Below, piece by piece: positions 1 through 10,085 of a DNA stretch of 41,530 bases. Source of the stretch: Verrucomicrobiota bacterium (GTDB lineage: Bacteria > Verrucomicrobiota > Verrucomicrobiia > Limisphaerales > CAIQOK01); NCBI GenBank assembly GCA_031423695.1, contig JANPGB010000120.1, positions 1 through 41,530 on the forward strand. Reading direction: 5' to 3'. Position 1 is the stretch's first letter; each line of letters opens with the position of its first letter. The notes beneath the pieces are model-generated. The model was not told where the DNA came from, ran no database searches, and saw only the letters and a program-made list of their open reading frames with translations. The position numbers and the translations under genes were made by a program.

Positions 1-1055
1 AGATTGTTGCCGGAGCCAAGATGAATCAGCGCGAGCGAGAGGCTGTCCAGCGGATTGATGAGGACGCGCCGATGATAGGAGCTGACCATGCCGCCGAGAA
101 TTTCACAGGCGAGGTAGGGATATTTCAGCACGTCGGCATCATCCTGCGCCTTGCGCTTGCCAAGCTGATCCGCGCCGATGTCCGCGTCGGTGCGCAGGCT
201 GGAGAACAGAAACTTCGACCAGTTGTCGCCGGGCATCGGCGTGATGCTGCGCTCCCAAAAGCCGTCCGCGTAGCTGCCAAACAGCGGAGCCATCTCGCCA
301 AGCGGCATCGGCGTCCGCAGGTTCGGCCAGCCGGTGCGCGTGTAGAGCGGGACATCGAGACCGGCTTCAATGGCGATGTTTTTCAACGCCAGCAGATACG
401 ACGCGGGGCCGGAGAATTCGTTGTCGAGCTGGATGCCCACGACCGGGCCGCCGTCTTTCCAGAGCAGACCGTGAAGCTGCTTTTCAATTTCGGTGTAGAG
501 GATTTTCGCCTTGTCCAGAAAGCGGGCGTCCTCCGTGCGCGGCTTGTAATCTTTTTGTTTCACGACCCAGTCGGGCAGCCCGCCGTTGCGGACTTCGCCA
601 TGACACCACGGCCCGCAACGCACGATCACCGGGAGGTTCACGGACTGGCAGGCCTCGACAAATTTTCGCAGGCTGCGCTGGCCGGCCCAGTCGAACTGGC
701 CTTCGACTTCCTCGTGATGAATCCAAAAAACGTAGGTCGAAACAATGTCCACGCCGCCCGCCTTCATCTTGAGCAGTTCATCGCGCCATTCGGTTTCGGG
801 GCAGCGCGAAAAATGGAATTCCCCCATGACCGGCAGCCACGGCTGGCCATCGAGCCGCAGACTGCGGCTGTCCAAGGTCAGCTCGCGGCCATCGGGACGC
901 CGGGTGGTTCCCATTTTGAAATAGCCGGACTCGGGCGGAGTTGGGGACTTGATTTGAACCATCAGCGGATCGTGAACGACGGCGGCGAAAGCACCGCCGG
1001 CCCCCAGCAGCATCGCCACGATTAACAAAACCCGGCTCGGTTGAAGATGAGTCAT
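1..1055 (-). CDS. Secreted GH35 beta-galactosidase, N-terminal part (runs off the left edge; absent from the ORF track)
   Basis: Manual translation from ATG 1055: signal peptide MTHLQPSRVLLIVAMLLGAGGAFA, then GH35 motifs MGEFHFSR..WRDELLKMKAGGVDIVSTYVFWIHHE, RCGPWCHGEVRNGGLPDW and GIQLDNEF. Confidence 0.88.
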   Translation of the reverse strand, partial: MTHLQPSRVLLIVAMLLGAGGAFAAVVHDPLMVQIKSPTPPESGYFKMGTTRRPDGRELTLDSRSLRLDGQPWLPVMGEFHFSRCPETEWRDELLKMKAGGVDIVSTYVFWIHHEEVEGQFDWAGQRSLRKFVEACQSVNLPVIVRCGPWCHGEVRNGGLPDWVVKQKDYKPRTEDARFLDKAKILYTEIEKQLHGLLWKDGGPVVGIQLDNEFSGPASYLLALKNIAIEAGLDVPLYTRTGWPNLRTPMPLGEMAPLFGSYADGFWERSITPMPGDNWSKFLFSSLRTDADIGADQLGKRKAQDDADVLKYPYLACEILGGMVSSYHRRVLINPLDSLSLALIHLGSGNN

Positions 1056-1341
1056 GTGTTCAATTTGAAGGAATTGAACGACAGGTCACGTAAATTATTA
1101 GTTGCCCAAGGATGAATCCTTGGCGCAGTCGCTTCGTTCGAGCTGGCAACTTCTGAGTGCGTGTCGATTCCCCCACCAGCACCAGCCGCCGAACCATTCT
1201 AAAACCACGGCAGAAGGGGCTTGTTTTCAGATGGCGCGCGGCCTAAAACATCACCACCCACCGGCGGCATGCTGAGGAAGGGCTGGCGGGAGCAGGCTGT
1301 TCAACACCAATCGATCCGGGATCATTATCGGACACTAATCT

Positions 1342-2973
1342 ATGGCACGCACCCTACTCCTTCGTTCGATTTTGAGACTGGCCGGGCAGTATCGCGTCGC
1401 CGCGAAAACGGGGCTTCCCGTCCCGGCGGTGCAAGACCGGCAGACGCTGGCGGTCGCGAGCGGACAGCGTGCGTTCACCCGCCGGCAGTTTCTAGCAGGT
1501 GTGGCGGCGGCGACCGCGGGCCTGGCCATCTCTCCCTGGGCTTCGGCGGCCGCGTCCGGCCAGCCTCGGATCGCGATCATCGGCGCGGGCATCTCCGGCT
1601 TGAACTGCGCGCTGACGCTGGCGGACAGCGGAGTGCAGTCCACCGTTTACGAAGCGTCACCACGAATCGGCGGCCGCATGTTTTCCAACAACGCCGGCTA
1701 TTGGGCGGATAATCAAGTGACGGAATGGGGCGGGGAGCTGATTGACACGGGCCATGTCACCGTTCAAAAACTCGCGGCGCGCTTCGATCTGACTCTGGAC
1801 GATCTCACGGCGGCCGGGCCGGCGGGCGCGGAGGATACTTACTATTTTGATCGCGCCTACTATCCACGCCCGCAGGCGGTGCGGGATTTCGCACCGGTTT
1901 ACCAGGCGGTCATGGCCGACTCCGCGGCGGCGGGTTATCCCACCACCTTCGCGACGAGCACTCCCGCCGGGCTCAAGCTGGACCGGATGAGCGTGTGGGA
2001 CTGGATTCAGCACCGCGTGCCGGGCGGACATTTTTCGAAAATGGGCCAGCTTCTGGAGGTCGCTTACGCCATCGAGTATGGCGCCGATACCCGCGAACAA
2101 AGCGCGCTCAACCTGGTTTACCTGCTCTCGGGGAGTGATCAGCGGTTTGAAATCTTTGGCGCGTCCGACGAGCGCTTTCATGTCCGCGGCGGCAACCAGC
2201 AGATTCCGCTCGCCATGGCCAACCTGCTCGCAGGCCGGGGCATGCCCGTGCAAACCAGCCGGCGGCTCGCGGCGATCCGTCAGCGGCCGGACGGCTCGAT
2301 CGCGCTTGGGTTTGAATCCGGCGGGGCGATCCGCGAGGAAATCGCCGAGCTGGTGGTGCTGACACTGCCATTCGCCGTGCTGCGGACCCTCGACTATTCC
2401 CGGGCCGGCTTTGATCCGTTGAAGCACCAGGTCATCCAGCAGCTCGGCCGGGGTCGCAACGGGAAGCTGCAATTGCAGTTCAGCCGGCGGCTCTGGAATC
2501 ATCACGGCAACTGGGGCACGAGCAACGGCCAGAGCTTTTCCGATCTGGGCTATCAGCTTACCTGGGAGCCCACCCGCGGACAGGCTGGCAACAGCGGCAT
2601 CCTCAACAACTACACCGGCGGTACCGTTGCTGATCAAAAGCGCGCGAAACTTCCCTTCGCCTTGATTGGAAATGCCGAGGTGCGGCAGGATGCCACCAGG
2701 TTTCTCAGGCAAATCAACCGCGTCTTCCCCGGATTGCCGAAACTCTGGAACGGGCAAGCCGCCAGCTCGCTGCCGCATCTCTCGCCGTTTTTCAACTGCT
2801 CCTATTCCTTCTGGCGTGTGAACCAGTATCACACCATCGCCGGTTACGAAGGCGTGCGGCAGGGCAACATCTTCTTCGCCGGCGAACACACCTCGCAAGA
2901 CTTCCAAGGATTCATGGAAGGCGGGGCCTCCGAAGGCGGACGCGCCGCGCGGGAAATCCTGGCTCAACTTTGA
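1342..2973 (+). CDS. Flavin monoamine oxidase / L-amino-acid oxidase family protein with Tat-like motif
   Basis: RRQFL plus hydrophobic stretch; GAGISGL FAD motif; EA..RIGGR; C-terminal IFFAGEHTS..QGFMEGG. Confidence 0.88.
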   Translation: MARTLLLRSILRLAGQYRVAAKTGLPVPAVQDRQTLAVASGQRAFTRRQFLAGVAAATAGLAISPWASAAASGQPRIAIIGAGISGLNCALTLADSGVQSTVYEASPRIGGRMFSNNAGYWADNQVTEWGGELIDTGHVTVQKLAARFDLTLDDLTAAGPAGAEDTYYFDRAYYPRPQAVRDFAPVYQAVMADSAAAGYPTTFATSTPAGLKLDRMSVWDWIQHRVPGGHFSKMGQLLEVAYAIEYGADTREQSALNLVYLLSGSDQRFEIFGASDERFHVRGGNQQIPLAMANLLAGRGMPVQTSRRLAAIRQRPDGSIALGFESGGAIREEIAELVVLTLPFAVLRTLDYSRAGFDPLKHQVIQQLGRGRNGKLQLQFSRRLWNHHGNWGTSNGQSFSDLGYQLTWEPTRGQAGNSGILNNYTGGTVADQKRAKLPFALIGNAEVRQDATRFLRQINRVFPGLPKLWNGQAASSLPHLSPFFNCSYSFWRVNQYHTIAGYEGVRQGNIFFAGEHTSQDFQGFMEGGASEGGRAAREILAQL

Positions 2974-3086
2974 ACCCAACTTCCGAAGCGGCGGGGAGTT
3001 AACGCGGCTTTGCGACTGAGAAGATTTAAGCAACCCCCTCCGGCGGTGACTCCGCGGATCTCGCCGACCGGCAGGCATGCCCGCCG

Positions 3087-3647
3087 CTACGGGCGCAGTT
3101 TTTTCCCGCGTAATGTTTCCACGAAAGCAACGAAGCCGTCCGCCTGTTTGCCCAGGCGTTTCTCCATTTCCGGACTGGCGAATTGCCCGGCGGCGTCGAG
3201 CAGGTTGTTTACGCCGGGCATGAACACGCGTTCGGGATAAATGAGCGCGTTGCGATAGCCGAAGATGGCCTGCAACTGCTCGACCGGACGCAGGGCGCCC
3301 CACACCCCGGCGGCCAGCCCGACGAAACAGACGGGACGCCGCTCAAAACTTTCCGGGAACGGCAGCATATCAATGAAATATTTCAGGACACCGGGGATGC
3401 CGCCATTGTATTCGGGCGTGACGACGACCAATCCGTCCGCCGCGAGGACCGCGCTGGTGAATCGCGAAAAGCCTGCGGGTTTTTCCGCGTACGCGCCCGG
3501 CGAAAAAATATCCGACGGCAGCTCCGCCAGATCCAGCAACTGCGTTGGCACGGAGAGCGACTTGTAAACCGACTCGACGTGCGCCGCGATTTTGCGAGTG
3601 TTGCTGCCGGGGCGGTTGGTTCCGCTGAGGATAACAATCATGGCCAT
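3087..3647 (-). CDS. NADPH-dependent FMN reductase
   Basis: GTNRPGSNT and VVTPEYNGGIPGVLKYFID flavodoxin-like motifs. Confidence 0.9.
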   Translation of the reverse strand: MAMIVILSGTNRPGSNTRKIAAHVESVYKSLSVPTQLLDLAELPSDIFSPGAYAEKPAGFSRFTSAVLAADGLVVVTPEYNGGIPGVLKYFIDMLPFPESFERRPVCFVGLAAGVWGALRPVEQLQAIFGYRNALIYPERVFMPGVNNLLDAAGQFASPEMEKRLGKQADGFVAFVETLRGKKLRP

Positions 3648-3935
3648 GTTTTAAGTGAGTTGGTTCCCTTCGTCCATCCTTTTACATTTTCCAACCCATT
3701 CGTGGCGGCCGGGCCGCTCCAAATGCCGCCCAACCCGCGAGGGACTCATCCGCTGGGCGGAATTTAATTTCAAGCGGTGGCCGATTGACTTCAACACTAC
3801 GCAAGCCTGGGTTTTGCGCCCGCCTCGCTTGCCAGGACCAGAGCCCGCTACCACGAACAGCACCGAAAGCGGGATCCAGCACTTCGCACGACATAGACAA
3901 TTTACAATCCACCGGCGGAAGGCTAGCTTCCCGCC

Positions 3936-4553
3936 ATGCAAACGGAGGGCGACCCCCCCAGCAGCGAGGACAGGCACGAGCTTTCAGACCCCGAGCAATG
4001 GTTGGATCTGCACGGCGACCACCTTTTCAGATATGCACTCATGCGCCTGCGCGACCCGGCCAAGGCCGAGGACGCGGTGCAGGAGACTTTCCTCGCGGCG
4101 CTCAAGGGCGGCCGGAGCTTCGCGGGCCGTTCGGCGGAGCGAAGCTGGCTCATTGGGATTTTGAAAAACAAAATCTTCGACTATTTCCGCAAAGCCAGCC
4201 GCGAAACCTCCTTCACCGACATGGATTTTTACGCGGATGAGGAAGGCGACCGCTTCGTGTCCGGGGGCCTGGGCAAGGGCGGATGGATTCACGCGCTAGG
4301 CCCGACCGAATGGCCGGCGAATCCCGGCGCGGGCCTGGACAACGAGTTGTTTTGGAAAACTTTTCGGGAGTGCGCGGGCAAATTGCCAAAAAATGTCGGC
4401 GCCGTTTTCTGCCTGCGCGAAATGGACGAGGTGGACAGCAAGGAAATCTGCGCCCGGCTGGACATCTCCGAGAACAACTTGTGGGTCATGCTGCACCGCG
4501 CCCGCATGGCCTTGCGCCGCTGCCTCGAAAGCAACTGGTTTGGGAAATTGTGA
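3936..4553 (+). CDS. ECF (sigma-70 family) RNA polymerase sigma factor
   Basis: Region 2 AEDAVQETFLAA..WLIGILKNKIFD; region 4 EIC..LDISENNLWVMLHRARMALRRCL. Confidence 0.93.
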   Translation: MQTEGDPPSSEDRHELSDPEQWLDLHGDHLFRYALMRLRDPAKAEDAVQETFLAALKGGRSFAGRSAERSWLIGILKNKIFDYFRKASRETSFTDMDFYADEEGDRFVSGGLGKGGWIHALGPTEWPANPGAGLDNELFWKTFRECAGKLPKNVGAVFCLREMDEVDSKEICARLDISENNLWVMLHRARMALRRCLESNWFGKL

Positions 4554-4596
4554 AAACTTGTAAGGATCGTGAAACTCCACCGACCAACCCTCCGTC

Positions 4597-4878
4597 ATGA
4601 ACCGGCTCATTGAAACCCTTCGGGCCCTCGCGCCCAACTGCCGGGAAGCGATCCGCCTGCAATCCGACGCGCTGGACCGCCCGCTGCCGCTGCTCCGGCG
4701 CATCGGTCTGCGCATTCATCTGGCGCTGTGTATCTGGTGTTTGCGCTATGGCCGGCAGATAAAGTTCTTGCGCACCGCCGCCCAGCACTGTGACGCGGAC
4801 CATGGGCTGGCACCAACCCTGCCGCCCGAAGCGCGGGAGCGGATCAAGCGCCGGCTTCAAGCCGGCGCAAAGGAGTAA
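4597..4878 (+). CDS. zf-HC2 (ZAS) anti-sigma factor
   Basis: C-x-E...HLALCIWC (HxxxCxxC) motif, directly downstream of the ECF sigma. Confidence 0.85.
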   Translation: MNRLIETLRALAPNCREAIRLQSDALDRPLPLLRRIGLRIHLALCIWCLRYGRQIKFLRTAAQHCDADHGLAPTLPPEARERIKRRLQAGAKE

Positions 4879-5741
4879 TCCGCCCGCGCACCGATTCGCA
4901 CCAGTGGGCCGGCGCTTTGCGCGTCCATCATGGGCGTTGTGTCAACTCGTCGGATGCGAGTGGATGAAAGGAGATACGGCCACATTGGCAACAAACCGGG
5001 CGGGCCAAACAGGATCTGTGACCGGCGAAGCGCGTGAAAGCAGAAGGCGGAATGAATCTGGAAGTTAAGCCGATTAAAAAGGAATGGCTGGCGTGGGCGT
5101 ATTTACCAACTGATCACTATCACAGACCACTCTCTACAGACAACCCTCACTGACTTACGGTCCACTGACACTATCAACCAACATTCACGTCCACGTCAGC
5201 CACCTTGAACATAGGCTTGATTGACCAACCGTCAAGCGCGGCAATCACACTTCGCGAAATTCCAGGACTGACCCTGAAAAATGGGGACGGCTCCGTAGGC
5301 CATGCACTGAGCGGAGTGTGGTGCGGCCAGCAAAACCACCGAGGCATTCAGCCAGGGACATCCTGGAAGGAAAGGGGGTGAACACCATGAAAAACAAATG
5401 GCTGAGGGATTCGGCGAATTTTACCGGGACTTGTTCGCCCGCGTTCGAGAATCACATCAGCCAGTCTTTTTATACGCCAGTTTCACGGACTGTCAATAGC
5501 CCGATCACGGAGGGATGCCGAGGCCAAATCGAGGCGGCGGAATTCCGGAATGGGCTTTTCTTGACTCATGACTTTTCGGCTGACACTTTTCCGTGCATGA
5601 GTCCTGCAAACATCCCGCTCGAAAACTATCCCCGCTGCTGCAGGCAGAGCGACACCAGCACGACCCCATGGCTTGTCCAGGCGTCTCCGACGCGATGAGC
5701 CTCAGACTTCCACTCCCCAAACTGACCTTGAAACCCAGCCC

Positions 5742-6728
5742 ATGAAGCCGCCCAAAGTCAGTGTCTGCATCCCCACCTACAACTACGCGCGCTTTTTGCC
5801 CGAGGCGATCGAATCCATTCTGCAACAGGACTTCACGGATTTTGAACTGCTGATCATCGACGACTGTTCCAAGGACAATACGGCCGAGGTGGTCCAAGAA
5901 TATGCGGCAAAAGATGCGCGCATCCGTTTCAGCGTCAATTCGCCGAATGTCGGCATGGTGAACAATTGGAACTTGTGCCTGCGCGAAGCGAGGGGGGAGT
6001 TCATCAAGTTTGTGTTTGGCGATGACCTGCTGACCACCCCAGACGCCTTGCGGAAAATGCTGGCGCCCCTGCTTGCGGACCCGTCCATCAGCCTGGTGGC
6101 GACCGCGCGCAACCTGATTGATCCGGAGTCCAAGGTTATGCGCACCCGGTCCAGTTTCGGAAAAACCACGGTCATCGCCGGCGATGCGGTGATCCGCCGC
6201 TGCCTACTGGAGCAAAAAAATCTGATCGGCGAACCCACGGTGGTCCTGTTCCGCAAAAAGGACGCGGCGCGCGGATTCAACAAGGACTATCGCCAGATCG
6301 TGGATTTGGAAATGTGGTATCACCTGTTGGAAAATGGACAGCTCGCTTATCTAAATGAGCCGCTCTGCGCGTTTCGCTGCCACCCGGACCAGCAGACGGA
6401 GCACAACAGCCGATCCAACGCCACGCTGGATGACACCACCCTCTTGTTGAATGAGTATTTGAAGAAGCCGTATCTGCATTTCAGCGGCGTGGGACGGAAG
6501 TTGATCACGTACGACTTTTGCTATCAGGTCTGGAAAACTTACCGGAAGAATAAACTCAGCGAGGAACACGCCATGGCGACCATCAACAAAGCCTGCGGCT
6601 TCACCCGCTTCCGGCTGTTTCTGCCGTTGTATAAAATCATCCGGCCGATTCGGAAACTCATCCGGCACCTCGCCCGCCGGATGGGCACTGCGGAGGCCAG
6701 TTTTGAGGAGGCGGATCCCGCCGCCTAA
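5742..6728 (+). CDS. GT2 family glycosyltransferase
   Basis: VSVCIPTYN..IIDDCSKD..NWN..FGDD..DLEMW; ATG 5742 preferred over the upstream ORF start at 5673. Confidence 0.92.
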   Translation: MKPPKVSVCIPTYNYARFLPEAIESILQQDFTDFELLIIDDCSKDNTAEVVQEYAAKDARIRFSVNSPNVGMVNNWNLCLREARGEFIKFVFGDDLLTTPDALRKMLAPLLADPSISLVATARNLIDPESKVMRTRSSFGKTTVIAGDAVIRRCLLEQKNLIGEPTVVLFRKKDAARGFNKDYRQIVDLEMWYHLLENGQLAYLNEPLCAFRCHPDQQTEHNSRSNATLDDTTLLLNEYLKKPYLHFSGVGRKLITYDFCYQVWKTYRKNKLSEEHAMATINKACGFTRFRLFLPLYKIIRPIRKLIRHLARRMGTAEASFEEADPAA

Positions 6729-7717
6729 GCCCGCTTGTCGCTCGGCTCACCGGCGCCTTCACCCCGGTCGGTACGATTGATCTTTGCCAGAATGTGATTC
6801 AGAAAGACGGGCTGGAGGTGCTGGCGCAACTGATCAAAGCAGCGGTAATCCCCCGCCCGGAACTCGTGCCATTGGCCCTTGGCTTTGTGCTTGCTGTGAA
6901 AGGCGAAACAACATGAGGTGATGCCTCCCGGCGCGATTTGCTGGATGTCCTGGGTGGCGGGAATGGTCTTCGCCGGAAACCAAGTCCGCCAAATGACCAG
7001 GCTGTCTTCATCCTTGAGATGGGAGGCGATGATCGAGAGCGCATGCGGAGTGGTGAACAAGTCATCATCATCCAGAAACATGATCCACCCTTCGGAGACA
7101 CAGTCCATCATGTCATTGACGAAGAGATTATAGGGATGCGATCCGCCGGTGCTGCCCCGGACCACCTTCACCAGATCAGCGGCCGGCAGATTGTATTTTT
7201 TCAGATAATTGTACGTCTCCTCATTTTCATAGCTGACCAAGTGCCGGAATTTCTTGTACGTCTGCCCCGCGATCGAATTGCGGTTCTCGGAAAAAAATCG
7301 CGCCCGCAAGTTGGTCCGGGTCAGGATATTGATCAACGGGGCGGACGCCTCCGGCGGCGACGGAACATCAGCGCTGACAGATTCCAGATACTGTTCGAGC
7401 TGCCCCAAATTCCTCAAATATGTTTCACAGCGCGGGCCCGAAATCCGGCCCTCTGCCGAACCAAACGTCAACCAATGTTTCCGGGCGGCTCGCTTGGTGG
7501 TGATTCCGAGTTGCCTGAGATCGGGATAGAAGTTCAAATAAAACTTCCAGTCAAACCCCTCAAGCAAGCGGGCCTCTCTTTTCCGTTCCGACTCCTGCCC
7601 GGTGTCAGGCGGGGTAGCGGTCGGCCGGTCCTCGGACTTCACCGGCGACCCGCGCCATCCCGCCCACCATTTTTCCAACAAGCAACGCAACCGCATAACC
7701 CCGGAATCATGCAACAA
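6725..7717 (-). CDS. GT-A fold glycosyltransferase with N-terminal FDWxFY..YPDL..HW..G..EGR module (start uncertain)
   Basis: LINILTRT, WIMFLDDDD (DxD), GDY motifs; N-terminal module FDWKFYLNFYPDL..ARKHWLTFGSAEGR. Confidence 0.75.
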   Translation of the reverse strand: MLHDSGVMRLRCLLEKWWAGWRGSPVKSEDRPTATPPDTGQESERKREARLLEGFDWKFYLNFYPDLRQLGITTKRAARKHWLTFGSAEGRISGPRCETYLRNLGQLEQYLESVSADVPSPPEASAPLINILTRTNLRARFFSENRNSIAGQTYKKFRHLVSYENEETYNYLKKYNLPAADLVKVVRGSTGGSHPYNLFVNDMMDCVSEGWIMFLDDDDLFTTPHALSIIASHLKDEDSLVIWRTWFPAKTIPATQDIQQIAPGGITSCCFAFHSKHKAKGQWHEFRAGDYRCFDQLRQHLQPVFLNHILAKINRTDRGEGAGEPSDKRA

Positions 7718-7807
7718 GCGCCAGGCTCAAACAATTCAATACACTTTTGAATTCCCAATTTATCCGCCGGCCATTAACGTCAGCAAAACGATGCACCCAC
7801 CCTTGCC

Positions 7808-9007
7808 ATGAAGATCCTCCACTTTGCCTCCCACTTTTCATTGTTGTCCGAAACATTCATTTACGACGAAGTTTTGTCGCTGGAAAAGGCATACCCTCAT
7901 TCCAACGCCGTTTTGACCATGGAGCGTCACCTGGAAACAGAGCGGCCGTTTCACCGCGTGCTCGTGCTGCGCAAAAGCCCCTCGTTTGCGCAAAATGTCC
8001 ACCGGCGCTACCTAAAACATATCAAAGGCGTCCGGATACCCCGACACATGTTCCCGCTGTGCTCCTACCTCGACAAACACCTGGACTCGTTCGACCTCGT
8101 TCAGGCTCACTTTGGGTGGAATGCCGTCACCCTGTGGCAGGCCCTCAAACTGTTGGGCCGGGAAAAGCAAAAACCGATCCTCATCCGATGCCAAGGGACG
8201 GACATCAATTCAAAGCCCCTCCTGGAACCCGAGTACAGAAAGCAATTGTTGGAAATGGCGGGTGCCGACAACGTGCTGTTGAGCACCCTTTCAGAATGCA
8301 TGAAACAAAAAATGCTCAAACTGGGAATCGCTCCGACCCGGATCCATCCTGTCCCCAATGCTTTCAACAGTTCCTTTCTGGCCCATCGCAAGCAGCGTTT
8401 CTTTAAGCCAGGCGATTGCCTGAAGCTGATCAACACAGCCAGATTCATACAATGGAAGGGGCAAAGCTACCTGGTCAATGCATTCGCCCGATTCGTCCGC
8501 CAAGTGTATCACAAATCCGTCCTCACCCTCATCGGCGCGGGGGAAACCCTGGATTCCATCAGACAACTGGCCGAGCAGGAAGGGGTCGCCGACAATATCC
8601 GGTTCCTCGGTGCCGTTCCTCACCCGGAGATTGCGCGCCATCTTTCTGAAAGTGATTTGTACATTCAGCCATCCATCATTGATCCGGATACTTTCCAAGA
8701 AGAAGGCCTGCCGATCGCTGTGCTCGAGGCCCTAGCCGTCGGCCTGCCTTTGGTAGTCACCCGGACCGGCGGAATGCCCGAGATTGTAGGCGAGGACAAC
8801 GCCTTTGCGCGGATCATTCCCGACCGGGACTCCGAGGCCATGTACCGCGCGCTGAAAGATATGTTCGAAACAGGAACCTGCTTCCAGGACACCTCGGCCT
8901 ATTCTCAAAAACGACTCGCCTTCTTTACCCCCGAAAAACAATTGCAGGATTTACAATCGGCTTACGCCAAAATCCTGCCGGCGGGACGATCCTCCGCCGC
9001 AGCCTGA
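7808..9007 (+). CDS. GT4 glycosyltransferase (WcaL-like)
   Basis: SETFI, AHFG, KGQ, EEGLPIAVLEALAVGLPLVVTRTGGMPE (ExxxxxxxE). Confidence 0.9.
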   Translation: MKILHFASHFSLLSETFIYDEVLSLEKAYPHSNAVLTMERHLETERPFHRVLVLRKSPSFAQNVHRRYLKHIKGVRIPRHMFPLCSYLDKHLDSFDLVQAHFGWNAVTLWQALKLLGREKQKPILIRCQGTDINSKPLLEPEYRKQLLEMAGADNVLLSTLSECMKQKMLKLGIAPTRIHPVPNAFNSSFLAHRKQRFFKPGDCLKLINTARFIQWKGQSYLVNAFARFVRQVYHKSVLTLIGAGETLDSIRQLAEQEGVADNIRFLGAVPHPEIARHLSESDLYIQPSIIDPDTFQEEGLPIAVLEALAVGLPLVVTRTGGMPEIVGEDNAFARIIPDRDSEAMYRALKDMFETGTCFQDTSAYSQKRLAFFTPEKQLQDLQSAYAKILPAGRSSAAA

Positions 9008-9039
9008 AACGGGTGCCGCCAGCACTGTCGACCAGCCAG

Positions 9040-10047
9040 TCACAATCCACAAAACCGCTTGAGCCGGTCAAACCTTCCTTGCCGCGACGGTCCCGCCGCC
9101 GCCGGTGGATACTTCGCATCCAAGACCACCACCTCACCCTTGGCCAGCGCGCCCAAGAAATCCGCCCGCAGCCGTTCGCCGGCGGGTTTAATTTCCCGGG
9201 CGATTTTTTGCGCGGCCAGCCAGCCTTCCTTTGAAACACCCCATCTTGCGGAATCCACGAGCTGGTCGGCGCTGAGAGTCTCCGCTGGAAACACCCGCGG
9301 CCAGCCCAGCGCCAACGCCTGCCGGGTCACCTTGTCTCCGCCCACGATGGAGTCCACCGCCAAAACCGGCACCCCGCCTTTAAGTGCAAAAACCAGGCCA
9401 TGCAGCCGGTTGGTGATGACCAGGTCAACCTTCTGAACGAGCGAAAAAAATTCCGCCGGATTGTGAATGTTGGTCGTGTTTCTGGAGCGCGGCCATTTCG
9501 TATCCAGATCAAGCCGCGCCCAGCCCAGGCGTGTAAGAGCCGCGTGGATCATCTCAATTGTTTCCTTGTGCCGTTGGCGTTCGCCGTACTCCCCTTGCTC
9601 ACCGATCAGGCATAGCCCCACCGTCGGCACCGTCTCGACCGGCGTGAAAAAGCACAAGTCCGGACGGGACTGACGGTCTGAATCCCTTTCCAACAGCGGG
9701 GTAAACGGATTCCAGCTCCTCACCGGTTCAATCATCGTGGTATTGATTCCGATCCGGCAGCAGTGCGAAAACTTCCGAAGATCAATTCCGTTTCGGGCGA
9801 ACAGCTCGGGCCAGCAGGGCCCACAAATAAAAACCAGATGCGTGTAACTTTTCGGCCTTAATTCCGCGGGCGCCAGCGACCCTGGAATATCGTTCCGCAC
9901 CTCTTTCATGAATGCGCAGAGGTCATAAGCCATCCCCAATTCCCGGAGACAATCGATCACGTAATTCAGGCAACCGATGTCGCCGACCGTCGAAAAGTGA
10001 CCGAGCAACAAAGCTTTTCGCGGAACGCCTTTGGCCACCTCCTTCAT
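9040..10047 (-). CDS. Polysaccharide pyruvyl transferase family protein
   Basis: N-terminal GHFSTVGD, RPDL, and the family signature VITNRLHGLVFALKGGVP..DKV. Confidence 0.75.
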   Translation of the reverse strand: MKEVAKGVPRKALLLGHFSTVGDIGCLNYVIDCLRELGMAYDLCAFMKEVRNDIPGSLAPAELRPKSYTHLVFICGPCWPELFARNGIDLRKFSHCCRIGINTTMIEPVRSWNPFTPLLERDSDRQSRPDLCFFTPVETVPTVGLCLIGEQGEYGERQRHKETIEMIHAALTRLGWARLDLDTKWPRSRNTTNIHNPAEFFSLVQKVDLVITNRLHGLVFALKGGVPVLAVDSIVGGDKVTRQALALGWPRVFPAETLSADQLVDSARWGVSKEGWLAAQKIAREIKPAGERLRADFLGALAKGEVVVLDAKYPPAAAGPSRQGRFDRLKRFCGL

Positions 10048-10085
10048 GCGCGCAATATTTTCGGCGGCGGTCTGGAAAGCAAGCC

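Noticed and set aside
4558-4592. Possible ECF-dependent promoter (tgtaag..cgac) before the anti-sigma gene
   Set aside because: Single instance and no reliable consensus to compare against
5318-5698. 126-aa ORF upstream of GT2
   Set aside because: No motifs and atypical composition; likely spurious
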